Assembly: GCA_963785725.1 (NCBI GenBank)
Contig: CAWAWS010000015.1
Coordinates: 32,001-96,000 of the forward strand
Length of the DNA: 64,000 nucleotides
Origin: an uncultured delta proteobacterium
GTDB lineage: Bacteria > Myxococcota_A > Polyangia > Palsa-1104
Direction: 5' to 3'
Under the pieces are notes generated by a model. It was not told the origin of the DNA, did no database searches, and worked only from the letters and a program-made list of their open reading frames with translations. The position numbers and the translations under genes were made by a program. This document shows, in pieces, positions 51,433-61,117 of the stretch; the stretch's first letter is position 1, and every line of letters starts with the position of its first letter.

Positions 51433-51828
51433 CTAAGGTTTCAGCGGCAGGACCATCGTCTGCAACAGGCGCTCGAGCGCGCGCTCGGGATCGTCGCATA
51501 ATCCGGTGTGCACGGGCGAGGGCTGCGTGATCGTCGAGCGCGGCGCCGTCAGCCAGTGGAAGCGCTCCGACTGCGGCAGCTGTGCGATCGGCCCCGCCGC
51601 CGCGTCGCCGGCGCAGACGAGCGGAATCAGCTCGAGCGCGCGCGCGACGGCGTCGGTGTCGATGGTCGGATCGAGCGCCTGCAAGCGGGCGCGATCGAGC
51701 GCGATGCGCGCGCCCAGAAAGCCGATGGTCTTGCAGTAGAGGATGACGCCGGCGTTGATCTGCTCGCCGCGCTCGACGCGCGGGACGACGCGCACGACGG
51801 CCCAATCAAACGTGCTGCGCGCGGGCAT
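51433..51828 (-). CDS. DUF3037 domain protein
   Basis: RVVPRVERGE.IN.GV, ERFHWLTAPRST..Q.SPVH.G. Confidence 0.9.
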   Translation of the reverse strand: MPARSTFDWAVVRVVPRVERGEQINAGVILYCKTIGFLGARIALDRARLQALDPTIDTDAVARALELIPLVCAGDAAAGPIAQLPQSERFHWLTAPRSTITQPSPVHTGLCDDPERALERLLQTMVLPLKP

Positions 51829-52579
51829 GGGCTGCCTCCTCGACGAAGTCGCGCGGCGCTTGCAGCCGACGGACGAAGAACTCGACGTAGGCGGCGCGCG
51901 CCGCGTCGGCCGCGCCGTCGACCTCGAGCCACGAATCGGGCACGGCGGCGACGATGTCGGCGACGATCGCCGGCGTCAACCGCGGCGCCAGCGCGTCATC
52001 GGCCGCCGGCAGCGCGCTCGCGAACGGCAGCAGCACATGCTGGCGAATCGGCGCAAAGCGGCTGCGCGCGCGCGGCAAGAAGTCCGCCCAGTCGTGCTGA
52101 TAATAGAGCGCCGCGCCGTGGTCGATGAGATAGAGCTGCTTGTGCCACAACAATAAGTTCGTATTACGAACCGTTCGGTCGACGTTGGCGACGAGCGCGT
52201 CGAACCACACGATGCGCGACGCCAGCTCCGCCGACGGCTGCCACAGCGCCGGATCGTAGGCGATCGAGCCCGGCAGATAGTCGAGTCCGAGGTTGAGGCC
52301 GCCCGACTTCTTCAGCGGCGCTTGCAGCTCGGGATCGGGCTCGGAGCGGCCCAAGATGGGATCGACCTCGATCAGCACCAGCTCGGGGATGGGCAGGCCG
52401 AGCGTGCGCGCGAGCTCGCCGGCGATGAGCTCGGCCACGAGCGCCTTCGGGCCTTGCGCGGCGCCGCGAAACTTGAGGACGTAGGTGCCCGAGTCGTCGG
52501 CCTCGATGATGGCCGGCACCGAGCCGCCTTCGCGCAGCGGAGTGACGTAGCGGGTGGCCGCCACCGTTCGCAATTGCAC
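51806..52579 (-). CDS. HipA-like kinase
   Basis: RYVTPLREGGS.P, YVLKFRGA.QG, N.DR...N.N, LIDHGA. Confidence 0.88.
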   Translation of the reverse strand: MQLRTVAATRYVTPLREGGSVPAIIEADDSGTYVLKFRGAAQGPKALVAELIAGELARTLGLPIPELVLIEVDPILGRSEPDPELQAPLKKSGGLNLGLDYLPGSIAYDPALWQPSAELASRIVWFDALVANVDRTVRNTNLLLWHKQLYLIDHGAALYYQHDWADFLPRARSRFAPIRQHVLLPFASALPAADDALAPRLTPAIVADIVAAVPDSWLEVDGAADAARAAYVEFFVRRLQAPRDFVEEAAHARAQHV

Positions 52580-52611
52580 GCGCGCAGCATGGCACGGCTG
52601 CCGACGCAGTT

Positions 52612-54162
52612 CTACGGCGCGCTTGGCCCGTCGCGCTCGAGGACGGCGGCCTCGGCGGCGCGACCGCGGCTGCGCAGGAAGCGGACGTAGTTGCCGCGGG
52701 CGCGCTGTGAGACGTGGCCGGCGGCGAGCATGCGGGCAAAGGCGGCCTCGGCGTCGGCGTCGTGACCGAGGCGGGCGAGGACGACGGCGGCGGCGGCGTG
52801 CGGCTCCGACCACTCGGGCTCGATCTGCTCGGCGGCGCGATAGTGGAGCAGCGCTTCGTCGAGCCGCTCTTGTCGATCCAAGATGAAGCCGAGCTGGAAC
52901 TGCGCGAACGCGCTGGCGGGCGCGGTGACGACGGCGGAGACGAAGAGCGCCTCGTCGCTGCGCCAGTCGCGGTTGCGGCGCACGGTGAGCACGAGGCAGC
53001 CGGCGCAGACGAGCGTCCAGCCGAGCCAGACGAGCCACGCGTGCTGGGCGCGGCGGGCGAGCTGCTCGGCGGCGGCGGCGGCGAGCAGGCAGACGCCGGC
53101 CGAGGGCAAGTACCACCAGCGCTCGCCGAACGCGCCCGGCAGGGCGACGATGACATTGCACGCGAGCAGGCCGGGAATGAGGACGAAGGCGGCGGCGTCG
53201 GCCCACGGCGCCGGGTCGCGCCACGTGCGCGCGATGACGAAGCCGAGGAGGCCGACGGCGCCCAAGCCGACGAGCGGCGACGTGATGCCGGCGGCGGGCG
53301 TGACGACGTTGGGGCCGTAGTCGGGCAACAGCTCGAGCGGCAGCGCGTGCAGGCCGAGCGCGTGCGCGAAGAGGCCGAGGCCGGCCCAGGCGCGCAGCGG
53401 CCAGGACGTGGCGGCGAGCGCGTTGGCCGTCGTCACCGGCGGCGCGCCCAGATCGCCGACCACGTGCCAGCGCAACAGCTCGGCCGCGACGAACGCGGCG
53501 ACGTAGCCGAGCCAGCGCGGCACTTTGGCGCGCAGCTCGCCGCGACGCAGATCGGCGATGAGCACGACGGGCAGGACGACGATCGCCGACTCCTTGCACA
53601 TGAGGCCCAAAAAGAGCGCCAGCGCCGCCGCGACGGCCGCAGCGCGCGACCTGCGCCGATGGAGCGCGAAGACGAGCAGCGCCGCCAGCGCCGCCAGCAC
53701 ATCGGCGCGGCCGACGATGGAGCTGACGGCGTCGGTGTGCAGCGGGTGAACGGCGAACAGCGCGGCGGCCGCGAGCGCGACGGCAAACGTGACGCCCGCC
53801 GACGCGGTCAGCGCCCAATAGAAGAGCGCGCACACGAGCAGGTGCCAGGCGAGGTTCGCCAGATGGAACGGCCAGGCCGCGCCGTGGCCGAGCTGTCGAT
53901 CGATCGCGAAGCCGAGGCTGACGACGGGGCGATAGGCCGACGTCGCGCTGCCGCCGGGCAGCCCACGGGCGCCGCCGCGAAAGTCGCGCGTCCAGACGGC
54001 GAGCGGCGCGAACGGGCCGGCGACGACGGGATGGTTGGCGATGGCGCCCACGTCGTCCATGACGAAGCCGTTGCCGAGCGTGTTGCCGTAGGCGACGGCG
54101 GCCAAGGCCATGACGAGCACGAGGCCGAGCCGGCGCCGGCGCGGCGAGGAGTCGGGCAGCAC
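52612..54162 (-). CDS. TMTC-like GT-C glycosyltransferase with C-terminal TPR
   Basis: MDD, YRP, HPLHTDAV.SIVGRAD, KE, ERWWYLP, RN.DW, TPR. Confidence 0.85.
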   Translation of the reverse strand: MLPDSSPRRRRLGLVLVMALAAVAYGNTLGNGFVMDDVGAIANHPVVAGPFAPLAVWTRDFRGGARGLPGGSATSAYRPVVSLGFAIDRQLGHGAAWPFHLANLAWHLLVCALFYWALTASAGVTFAVALAAAALFAVHPLHTDAVSSIVGRADVLAALAALLVFALHRRRSRAAAVAAALALFLGLMCKESAIVVLPVVLIADLRRGELRAKVPRWLGYVAAFVAAELLRWHVVGDLGAPPVTTANALAATSWPLRAWAGLGLFAHALGLHALPLELLPDYGPNVVTPAAGITSPLVGLGAVGLLGFVIARTWRDPAPWADAAAFVLIPGLLACNVIVALPGAFGERWWYLPSAGVCLLAAAAAEQLARRAQHAWLVWLGWTLVCAGCLVLTVRRNRDWRSDEALFVSAVVTAPASAFAQFQLGFILDRQERLDEALLHYRAAEQIEPEWSEPHAAAAVVLARLGHDADAEAAFARMLAAGHVSQRARGNYVRFLRSRGRAAEAAVLERDGPSAP

Positions 54163-54284
54163 GCGTCATCATACCGCGCGCCGCCGTCGCTCGCCGGGGG
54201 CGTCGGCGCGAAGCACATCGGCGACCGCCTGGCAGTGATCATCGCCATATCGTTCGCACGTTGCGTTCGCGTAGGCTGGCGCGC

Positions 54285-54824
54285 ATGAAAACGTGGATGA
54301 TCCTCGGTGGCGCGCTGCTGCTCGGCGCCGCCGGTTGCGGGCCCGAAGATCCCGAAGCGCGTTACAGCGGCACGACGATGGCCGCCAAAGAGGTCAGTAA
54401 GCTGCGCGTGTTCCGCGGCCGCGAGCCCGACCGGCCGTTCGCGGAGCTCGGCACGGTCGAGGTCAGCTGCCCGACGGCGCTGCAGAGCGGCCCGTACGGC
54501 GGCGGTCGCCTCGAAGGCGGCTGCACCTACGACGCCGCGGTCGGCATGGCGAGCGAGAAGGCCGCCGCCGCCGGCGCCGACGCCATCTACGCGCTGCAGA
54601 CGTCGGCCGGCGGCAACGGCAACATCGTCAGCATGACCGCCATCGCCGTGCGCTTCACCGGCGAAGCCAAGCCGCCCGCGGCGCCACGGGTCGAGACGCC
54701 GGCCAAGAAGCCGGTGCCGACCGTGGGACAGCGGCTCGAGCAGCTCAAGCAGCTCAACGAGCAGAAGCTCATCACCGACGAAGAATATGCCAAGCGCAAG
54801 GCCGAGATTTTGAACGATATTTAA
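54285..54824 (+). CDS. Lipoprotein with C-terminal SHOCT domain
   Basis: Lipobox AAGC; RLEQLKQL...LITDEEYAKRKAEIL. Confidence 0.85.
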   Translation: MKTWMILGGALLLGAAGCGPEDPEARYSGTTMAAKEVSKLRVFRGREPDRPFAELGTVEVSCPTALQSGPYGGGRLEGGCTYDAAVGMASEKAAAAGADAIYALQTSAGGNGNIVSMTAIAVRFTGEAKPPAAPRVETPAKKPVPTVGQRLEQLKQLNEQKLITDEEYAKRKAEILNDI

Positions 54825-54832
54825 CCGTTGCG

Positions 54833-56329
54833 TTAAGCTTCTTCGCGGCCGAACAAGAGGTCGATGCTGCGCCGATCTTCGGGGCGGCAGAAGACGAAGA
54901 GGTGATCGCCGGCGCGCAGCTCGCTCGAGCCGCGCGGCGCGATGAGCTCGTCGCCGCGCACGATGAGCATGATGGCGGCACCGACGGGAAATTCGATGTC
55001 GGCGATGTACGCGCCCACGGCCAGCGCCGGCGGCTCCAGGTAAAAGCTCAGCACCTCGGCGCGCAGCGGCATCGTCGACGCCAGCTCGAGGTGCGCCGAC
55101 GGCGGCGGCGTGCCGCGCACCTGCACGCCGAGCAGGCGCGCCGCCAGCCGCACCGTCGCGCCCGGCACGAGCGTGTTGATGACGACGATGAAGAAGACGA
55201 CGTCGAAGAGGCGTTGTGCGACCGGGATGTGCGCGAGCACCGGGAAAATGGCGAGGATGATGGGCACGGCGCCGCGCAGGCCGACCCAGCCGACGAAGGC
55301 AATCTCGCGCGCCGTAAAGCGAAACGGCAGGAGGCACAACAGCGTCGGCAGCGGGCGCGCGACGAGGGCGAGCACGAGGCCGAGCCCGAGACCGAGCGGC
55401 GCCACGTGCCACAGATGCGAGGGATCGCACAAGAGCCCGAGCACGAGGAACATGACGACTTGGCCGAGCCAGGCGATGGCGTCGTGCACGCGAAGCAGGC
55501 CGCTGCGATAGGGCAAGTGGCCGTCGCCGATGATGAGGCCGGCGACGTAGGTGGCCAGAAAGCCGCTGCCGTGGACGACGGTGGTGGCGCCGAACGCGAC
55601 GAACGCGAGCGCGATGGTGAGCACGGGAAAGAGCCCGGCGGCGGCGGGGCGCGCGCGGCCGAGCAGCCAGCGGCCGCCGAGCCCGACGGCGACGCCGCCG
55701 AAGGCGCCGAGGCCGAGCTCGAGGACGATCTCGGTCGCCAGCGTCAACCCCGACTCGCGATGTCCGGCCAGCGCCGCCGTGAGCGCGACGGTGAGGATGA
55801 CGGCGACGGGATCGTTGAGGCCCGACTCCAGCTCCAGCGTCGACTCGACGCGCTTGGAGAGCGCGATGCGGCTCGTGCGCAACACCGAGAAGACGGCGGC
55901 GGCGTCGGTGGACGAGACGATGGCGCCGAGCAGGAACGCCTCCAGCCAGCCGACGCCGAAGAGGTGCGCGGCCAAGCCGACGAGGCCGGTCGTGCCGAGG
56001 ACGCCGAGCGTCGCCAGCGCCGTCGCCGGGCCGAGGACGCGGCGGACGGTGCCGAGCGAGGCCGCCAAGCCGCCGTCGAAGAGGATGAGCACGAGGGTCA
56101 CCGTGCCGAGTCGGAACGAGAGGCGGAAGTTGTCGAAGTGGACGCCGCCGAGCCCTTCGGAGCCGGCGAGCATGCCGATGCCGAGAAACAGGAGGGCGAC
56201 GGGGATGCTGGCGCGGCCGGCGACGCGGCTGGCGACGACGCTGACCGCCATCAACACGCCGAACAGCGCCAGAGCGATCGCGGTCGTGAAGGGCTCGGTC
56301 ACGGGCGCTCCGATGTCATGAGCCGGCAC
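54833..56329 (-). CDS. cvrA: K+/H+ antiporter (CvrA/NhaP2) with TrkA-C domain
   Basis: GSEG.GG..F, ILFDGGL, SSTDAAAVF, ESGLNDP, GLRGAVPIILA. Confidence 0.9.
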   Translation of the reverse strand: MPAHDIGAPVTEPFTTAIALALFGVLMAVSVVASRVAGRASIPVALLFLGIGMLAGSEGLGGVHFDNFRLSFRLGTVTLVLILFDGGLAASLGTVRRVLGPATALATLGVLGTTGLVGLAAHLFGVGWLEAFLLGAIVSSTDAAAVFSVLRTSRIALSKRVESTLELESGLNDPVAVILTVALTAALAGHRESGLTLATEIVLELGLGAFGGVAVGLGGRWLLGRARPAAAGLFPVLTIALAFVAFGATTVVHGSGFLATYVAGLIIGDGHLPYRSGLLRVHDAIAWLGQVVMFLVLGLLCDPSHLWHVAPLGLGLGLVLALVARPLPTLLCLLPFRFTAREIAFVGWVGLRGAVPIILAIFPVLAHIPVAQRLFDVVFFIVVINTLVPGATVRLAARLLGVQVRGTPPPSAHLELASTMPLRAEVLSFYLEPPALAVGAYIADIEFPVGAAIMLIVRGDELIAPRGSSELRAGDHLFVFCRPEDRRSIDLLFGREEA

Positions 56330-56666
56330 GCGCAGATGCGCGACGGCTCGCCCACCGTAAGCTTAGCCGCTCTTGGCCGCGCGCGGTTGCGCCATGTGCG
56401 GCGCGCGATCCGATTGGCGCTTCGTCGGCTGCGGCCCGTAGTGCGCAGATCGGCGCCGCCAAACGCCGGCGCAGCCGACTCTCGTCATCAATCGCCATCG
56501 GTCGGACGTGCGCAAGCGCTGCGCAGCGGCGTCATTTACCGTCGCTGGGTCGCGATCGGCAGTGGGCGCGCGCGGGCGCACTTTGGGCGACGGACGCCAA
56601 TCGGAGTCGTAGGGTTTCCGACCGCGGCACGCAGACGACACGCTGCAGGGAATATCCATCTGCCCG

Positions 56667-58181
56667 ATGGCTGGCGAGTCGAAAGAGCGCGGCGGCGCCG
56701 TCGCACGAGTGGGCGGTGGCGCTGGCCGAAGTGGCGGAGACGGTGGTGGCGGCGGGCGCCGCGAGCCGTGGCGCGTGGTGGCCGTCGTGTCGGCGCTGGC
56801 GGCGCTGTTCGCGGTCAAGGAGGCGCTGTCGCTCCTGCGTCCGCCGCCGGTGGCGCACGCGGCCTCGCAGGCGGCGCCGCCGCACGCGCGCCTGCCGCTC
56901 TACGACGAAGCCACGGCGCGCGCCGCCAGCGCCGTCGGGCGCCAGCTGTTCTTCGACGCGTCCTTGTCCGAGCCCGCGGGCACGAGCTGCGCCAGCTGCC
57001 ACGATCCGGCGCGCGCGTTCGCCGGCAATCACGGCTCCGCGCTCGGCGTGCCGCGCGGCAGCCGTCCCGATCACTTCGCGCGCCGCAACACACCGTCGCT
57101 GCTCTACCTGAAGTTCGTGCACCGCTTTCACTTCCACTGGGAAGAGGACGCGGCTTTGCCCGACGCGTTCGGTGGCTTCTTCTGGGACGGCCGCAGCGAC
57201 TCGATCGCCGCCTTGGCCGAGCAGCCGCTGACGAACCCCGACGAGATGAACGCCGGCTCGCGCGCCGACGTCGCCGTCAAGCTCAACGCCGCGGCCTATG
57301 CCGGCGAGCTGCGCCGCGTCTACGGCTCGGAGGCCTTGGCGACGCCCGACCGCGCCATGGCCACGTTCGGCCGCGCCATCGAAGCGTTCTTGAAGAGCGA
57401 CGAATTCGCGCCCTTCACCTCGCGCTACGACGACTTCATCCGCGGCAAAGGCACGCTGACGGCCGTCGAGCAGCGCGGCCTGCAGCTGTTCCGCGATCCG
57501 GCCAAGGGCAACTGCGGGTCGTGCCATCGCTTCAACCCGACGGCGCCCGATCCGACTCGCTCTCTGTTCACCGACTTCGGCTACGAGACCGTGGCTATCC
57601 CGCGAAACCCGCATATTTCGAAGAACAACAATAAGGATTATTTCGATTTAGGGCTGTGCGAGCGCCACGACCCGCGCACGCACACCGACGAGGAGCGCTT
57701 CTGCGGCAGCTTCCGCACGCCGTCCTTGCGCAACGTGGCCGTGCGCGACGCCTATATGCACAACGGCTATTTCACGAAGCTGCGCGACGTCGTCGCCTTT
57801 TACGCCACGCGCTCGATCGCGCCGGCGCGCTGGTATCCGGGCCAGAAGTGGGACGACTTACCGACGCAGTATCACGAGTACGTCAACGAGATCTCGCCGC
57901 CGTACGACCGCGGGCCGGGCGAGAAACCGCGCCTCGATGACGGCGAGATCGACGCCATCGTCGCCTTCTTGGGCGCGCTGACCGACGCCGCCTATGCGCC
58001 GGCAGCGGCTCTGCCACATGGCGCGCTGGTCGCGCCGAGTGGCAGCGAGCCGCCGCCGGCGCCGACGGTCGACGAGCCGCCGGCGTTCGTGCCCACGCCG
58101 CGTCGCGATCCGAGTCAGCCGCCCAACGTACGTCACGACCTTCGCTCCCTGGCGAATGAGCCGCAGTTCCAAACCCAGTAG
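56667..58181 (+). CDS. Di-heme cytochrome c peroxidase (MauG/bCcP family)
   Basis: CASCH and CGSCH, RNTPSL, FWDGR, EM, FRTPSLRNV, YMHNG. Confidence 0.93.
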   Translation: MAGESKERGGAVARVGGGAGRSGGDGGGGGRREPWRVVAVVSALAALFAVKEALSLLRPPPVAHAASQAAPPHARLPLYDEATARAASAVGRQLFFDASLSEPAGTSCASCHDPARAFAGNHGSALGVPRGSRPDHFARRNTPSLLYLKFVHRFHFHWEEDAALPDAFGGFFWDGRSDSIAALAEQPLTNPDEMNAGSRADVAVKLNAAAYAGELRRVYGSEALATPDRAMATFGRAIEAFLKSDEFAPFTSRYDDFIRGKGTLTAVEQRGLQLFRDPAKGNCGSCHRFNPTAPDPTRSLFTDFGYETVAIPRNPHISKNNNKDYFDLGLCERHDPRTHTDEERFCGSFRTPSLRNVAVRDAYMHNGYFTKLRDVVAFYATRSIAPARWYPGQKWDDLPTQYHEYVNEISPPYDRGPGEKPRLDDGEIDAIVAFLGALTDAAYAPAAALPHGALVAPSGSEPPPAPTVDEPPAFVPTPRRDPSQPPNVRHDLRSLANEPQFQTQ

Positions 58182-58199
58182 CTCGTGAGGAGAGGCAGC

Positions 58200-60159
58200 A
58201 TGAAAAGAAGGATCTTGGAGTGGTTGGCCATCGGATCTTCGATGATCACGATGGCCGGTTGCGACCCGACGCCGTCCGCGTCGGCCGCGCAGAAGTCGAC
58301 CGACTCGACCGAGTCGGCGACGGTGGCCGCGGATGCGATCGATCGCGACGCGCTCTTCTCGGGCAGCCGCGACGGCCGCACGCGCTCGCCCATCAAGCAC
58401 GTCGTCGTCATCGTCGGTGAGAACCGCACGTTCGACCACGTCTTCGCGACCTACAAGGCCAAGCACGGCCAGCATGTCGACAACCTGCTCGCCAAGGGCA
58501 TCATCAAAGAGGACGGCTCGCCCGGTCCGAACTACGCGCTGGCGCTGCAGCACACGGCCGATCGACACGTCGAAGTACGAGATCGCGCCCGGCGGCAAGA
58601 AGCCGTACAGCCTGTTGCCGGCGGCGCTCGCCGGCGGCCCGACGACGCCCTATCTCGCCACCGTCGCCGACGCCAAAGCGGCCGAGAACGGCCTGCCCGA
58701 CGATTACTACCCGTACCTGACGACGGGCGGCACGGGCCTGAAGAGCGGCACCGTCGACACGCGCCTGCCGAACGCGACCGCGCTGCCGCCGGGGCCGTTC
58801 CAGCTGACGCCGCACATCGCCTACGACGACTACTCGGCGAGCCCGGTGCATCGCTTCTACCAGATGTGGCAGCAGCTCGACTGCTCGGTGCAGCAGATCA
58901 CGCGCAGCAATCCGTCGGGCTGCAAGAACGACCTGTTCCCGTGGGTCGAGACGACGATCGGCGCCGGCTCGAACGGCAAGGCGCAGGCGGCCGGCTTCAA
59001 CGATCGCACGACGGGCGAAGGCTCGACGTCGATGGGCTTCTACAACGTGCTGCAAGGCGACGCGCCGTACTTCAAGTCGCTCGCCGACGAGTACGCGATG
59101 AGCGACAACTTCCACCAGTCGATCCAAGGCGGCACCGGCGCCAACCACGTCGCGCTCGGCACCGGCGACGCCGTCTGGTTCAGCGACGGCAAGGGCAAGG
59201 CTCTCGTGCCGCCCACGCTCAACACCGAGAACCCCAACCCGGCCGCCGGCACCAACAACTGGTACGCGCAGGACGGCTACTCGGGCGGCACCTACAGCGA
59301 CTGCTGCGACGACGAGCAGCCCGGCGTCGGCGCGGTCACGAGCTACCTGAAGGCGATGCACGTCAAGCCCAACTGCGACAAGGGCCACTATTACCTGCTC
59401 AACAACTACTCGCCCGGCTACTACGGCGACGGCAGCGTCAACACCGACCAGTTCGCGATCCCGCCGTCGTCGGTACGCACGATCGGCGACGAGCTCGTCG
59501 AGCGCGACATCTCGTGGCGCTACTACGGCGACGATTGGAATCGCTACCTCGCCGATCCCGACTTCAACTCGCCCGACAACGAGTACTGCGACATCTGCAA
59601 TCCCTTCCCGTATTCGACCTCGATCATGACGAACGCCAAGGTCCGTACGACGCACTTGAAGGACACGGTCGACCTCTACGACGACATCGAGGGCGATTGG
59701 CTGCCGGCCGTCTCGATCATCAAGCCGAGCGGTCTGCTCGACGGTCACCCGGCGTCGTCGAAGCTCGACCTGTTCGAAGGCTTCTCGAAGAAGATCGTCG
59801 AGTCGATCAAGCGCCATCCGAAGCTGTGGAAGGACACGGCGATCTTCATCACGTTCGACGAGGGCGGCGGCTACTACGACTCGGGCTACATCCAGCCGGT
59901 CGACTTCTTCGGCGACGGCACGCGCATCCCGATGATCGTCGTCTCGCCCTGGGCGACGGGCGGCCACATCTCGCACGAGTACGGCGACCACGTCTCGATC
60001 CTGAAGTTCATCGAGCGCAACTGGGGCCTCGACCCGATCACCGGCCGCAGCCGCGACAACCTGCCGAACCCGGTCACGAGCCCGGCCAATCCGTACGCGC
60101 CGATCAACGGCCCGGCCCTCGGCGACCTCTTCGAGCTGTTCGACTTCGCCCGCTTCTAG
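58200..60159 (+). CDS. Phosphoesterase (phospholipase C / AcpA family) lipoprotein, frameshift near 58560
   Basis: Lipobox MAGC; IKHVVVIVGENRTFDH, SDNFHQ..GGT..NH, DGHP, TFDEGGGYYD, G.RIP. Confidence 0.92.
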
Positions 60160-60181
60160 CTTCGCGTCATCGTGCTAACGG

Positions 60182-60219
60182 CGCCGCGCTCCTCGGCTTG
60201 GAGCGCGGCGTTTCTTTTT
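60182..60219 (+). terminator. Rho-independent terminator
   Basis: Perfect 11-bp stem CGCCGCGCTCC/GGAGCGCGGCG followed by TTTCTTTTT. Confidence 0.9.
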
Positions 60220-60330
60220 CGTGCGGCTGTTTTTCGCGGAGTTTCACGCAACGACGGCGTCGGTCGGGCGTCAGGTCATTCGGAGCGTCTGCGTGCAAGT
60301 CGTGCGCGGACGGAAACTCGAGGAGCCGTC

Positions 60331-60923
60331 ATGCCCACGCATCGCGCCGTCATTCGTCTGGCCACCGTCGCCGTCGCCGCGCTCGTCGCCGGCGGCTGCA
60401 CCGCCGGCATCGTCGTCGACGAAAACTTCAACCCGGTCTCCAACTTGGCCGGGGTCATGACCTGGATCGCCGTCGACTCCGACCGCGGCCAGCCGACCGG
60501 AGACCAGTACGAGTATTGGACGACCACCGGCGCCAAGAGCTACGCGATCTCGTTCGACCCCTACGCGGCCGAGACCGACACCTTCGACAGCAAGGGAAAT
60601 CGGCCGACGCCCGTCAACGGCGTCGCCAACTCGGCGCAGTTCATCCCGCCCGGCAGCTATTACATCGTGCTGGACACCGGACTCATCGCCCCGGTCTTCC
60701 TCGGCTACATCTCGAAGGTCTTCAAGCACCAGTACACCGAGAGCTGCAGCGACTACTTCAACGGGAACACCGATCGCTGCGCGCAGTACTACTTCCTGCT
60801 CGGGGCGGCGGATGCGGTGCCGCCGGACTGCATGGCGCCGGCTGCTTCGGCCCGCCGCTCGCGACCGAGAGCGGGATTCCGGTGATTCCGCTCTACTTCT
60901 ACGAGTCCAACCCGTTCGGGTAG
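60331..60923 (+). CDS. Lipoprotein of unknown function (paralog A); frameshift near 60835
   Basis: SD GAGGAG; lipobox AGGC; true C-terminus inferred in the alternative frame from alignment with paralog B. Confidence 0.7.
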
Positions 60924-61117
60924 CCGCTTGGGGCGCGCGCGACCCGCGTCACGCGCCGGTCGTGCGGCCGCCCAATCCGCGTCATCTGTACGAATTTCGT
61001 GAAGGATTCGTTTCGCTTCACCAATTAAGAGAGTGGCGGCACTAGCTTGATTGGCAGCGCGTGCGTCCAACGAATTTGACGTGGAGCTTCACCTGATGTT
61101 GGTGCAAGAGTAACGGG

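Noticed and set aside
54902..57634. Long Arg/Ala-rich ORFs (also 1094-3505, 43913-46528, 58185-60923 and others)
   Set aside because: Shadow or antisense frames of real genes, expected in very high-GC DNA
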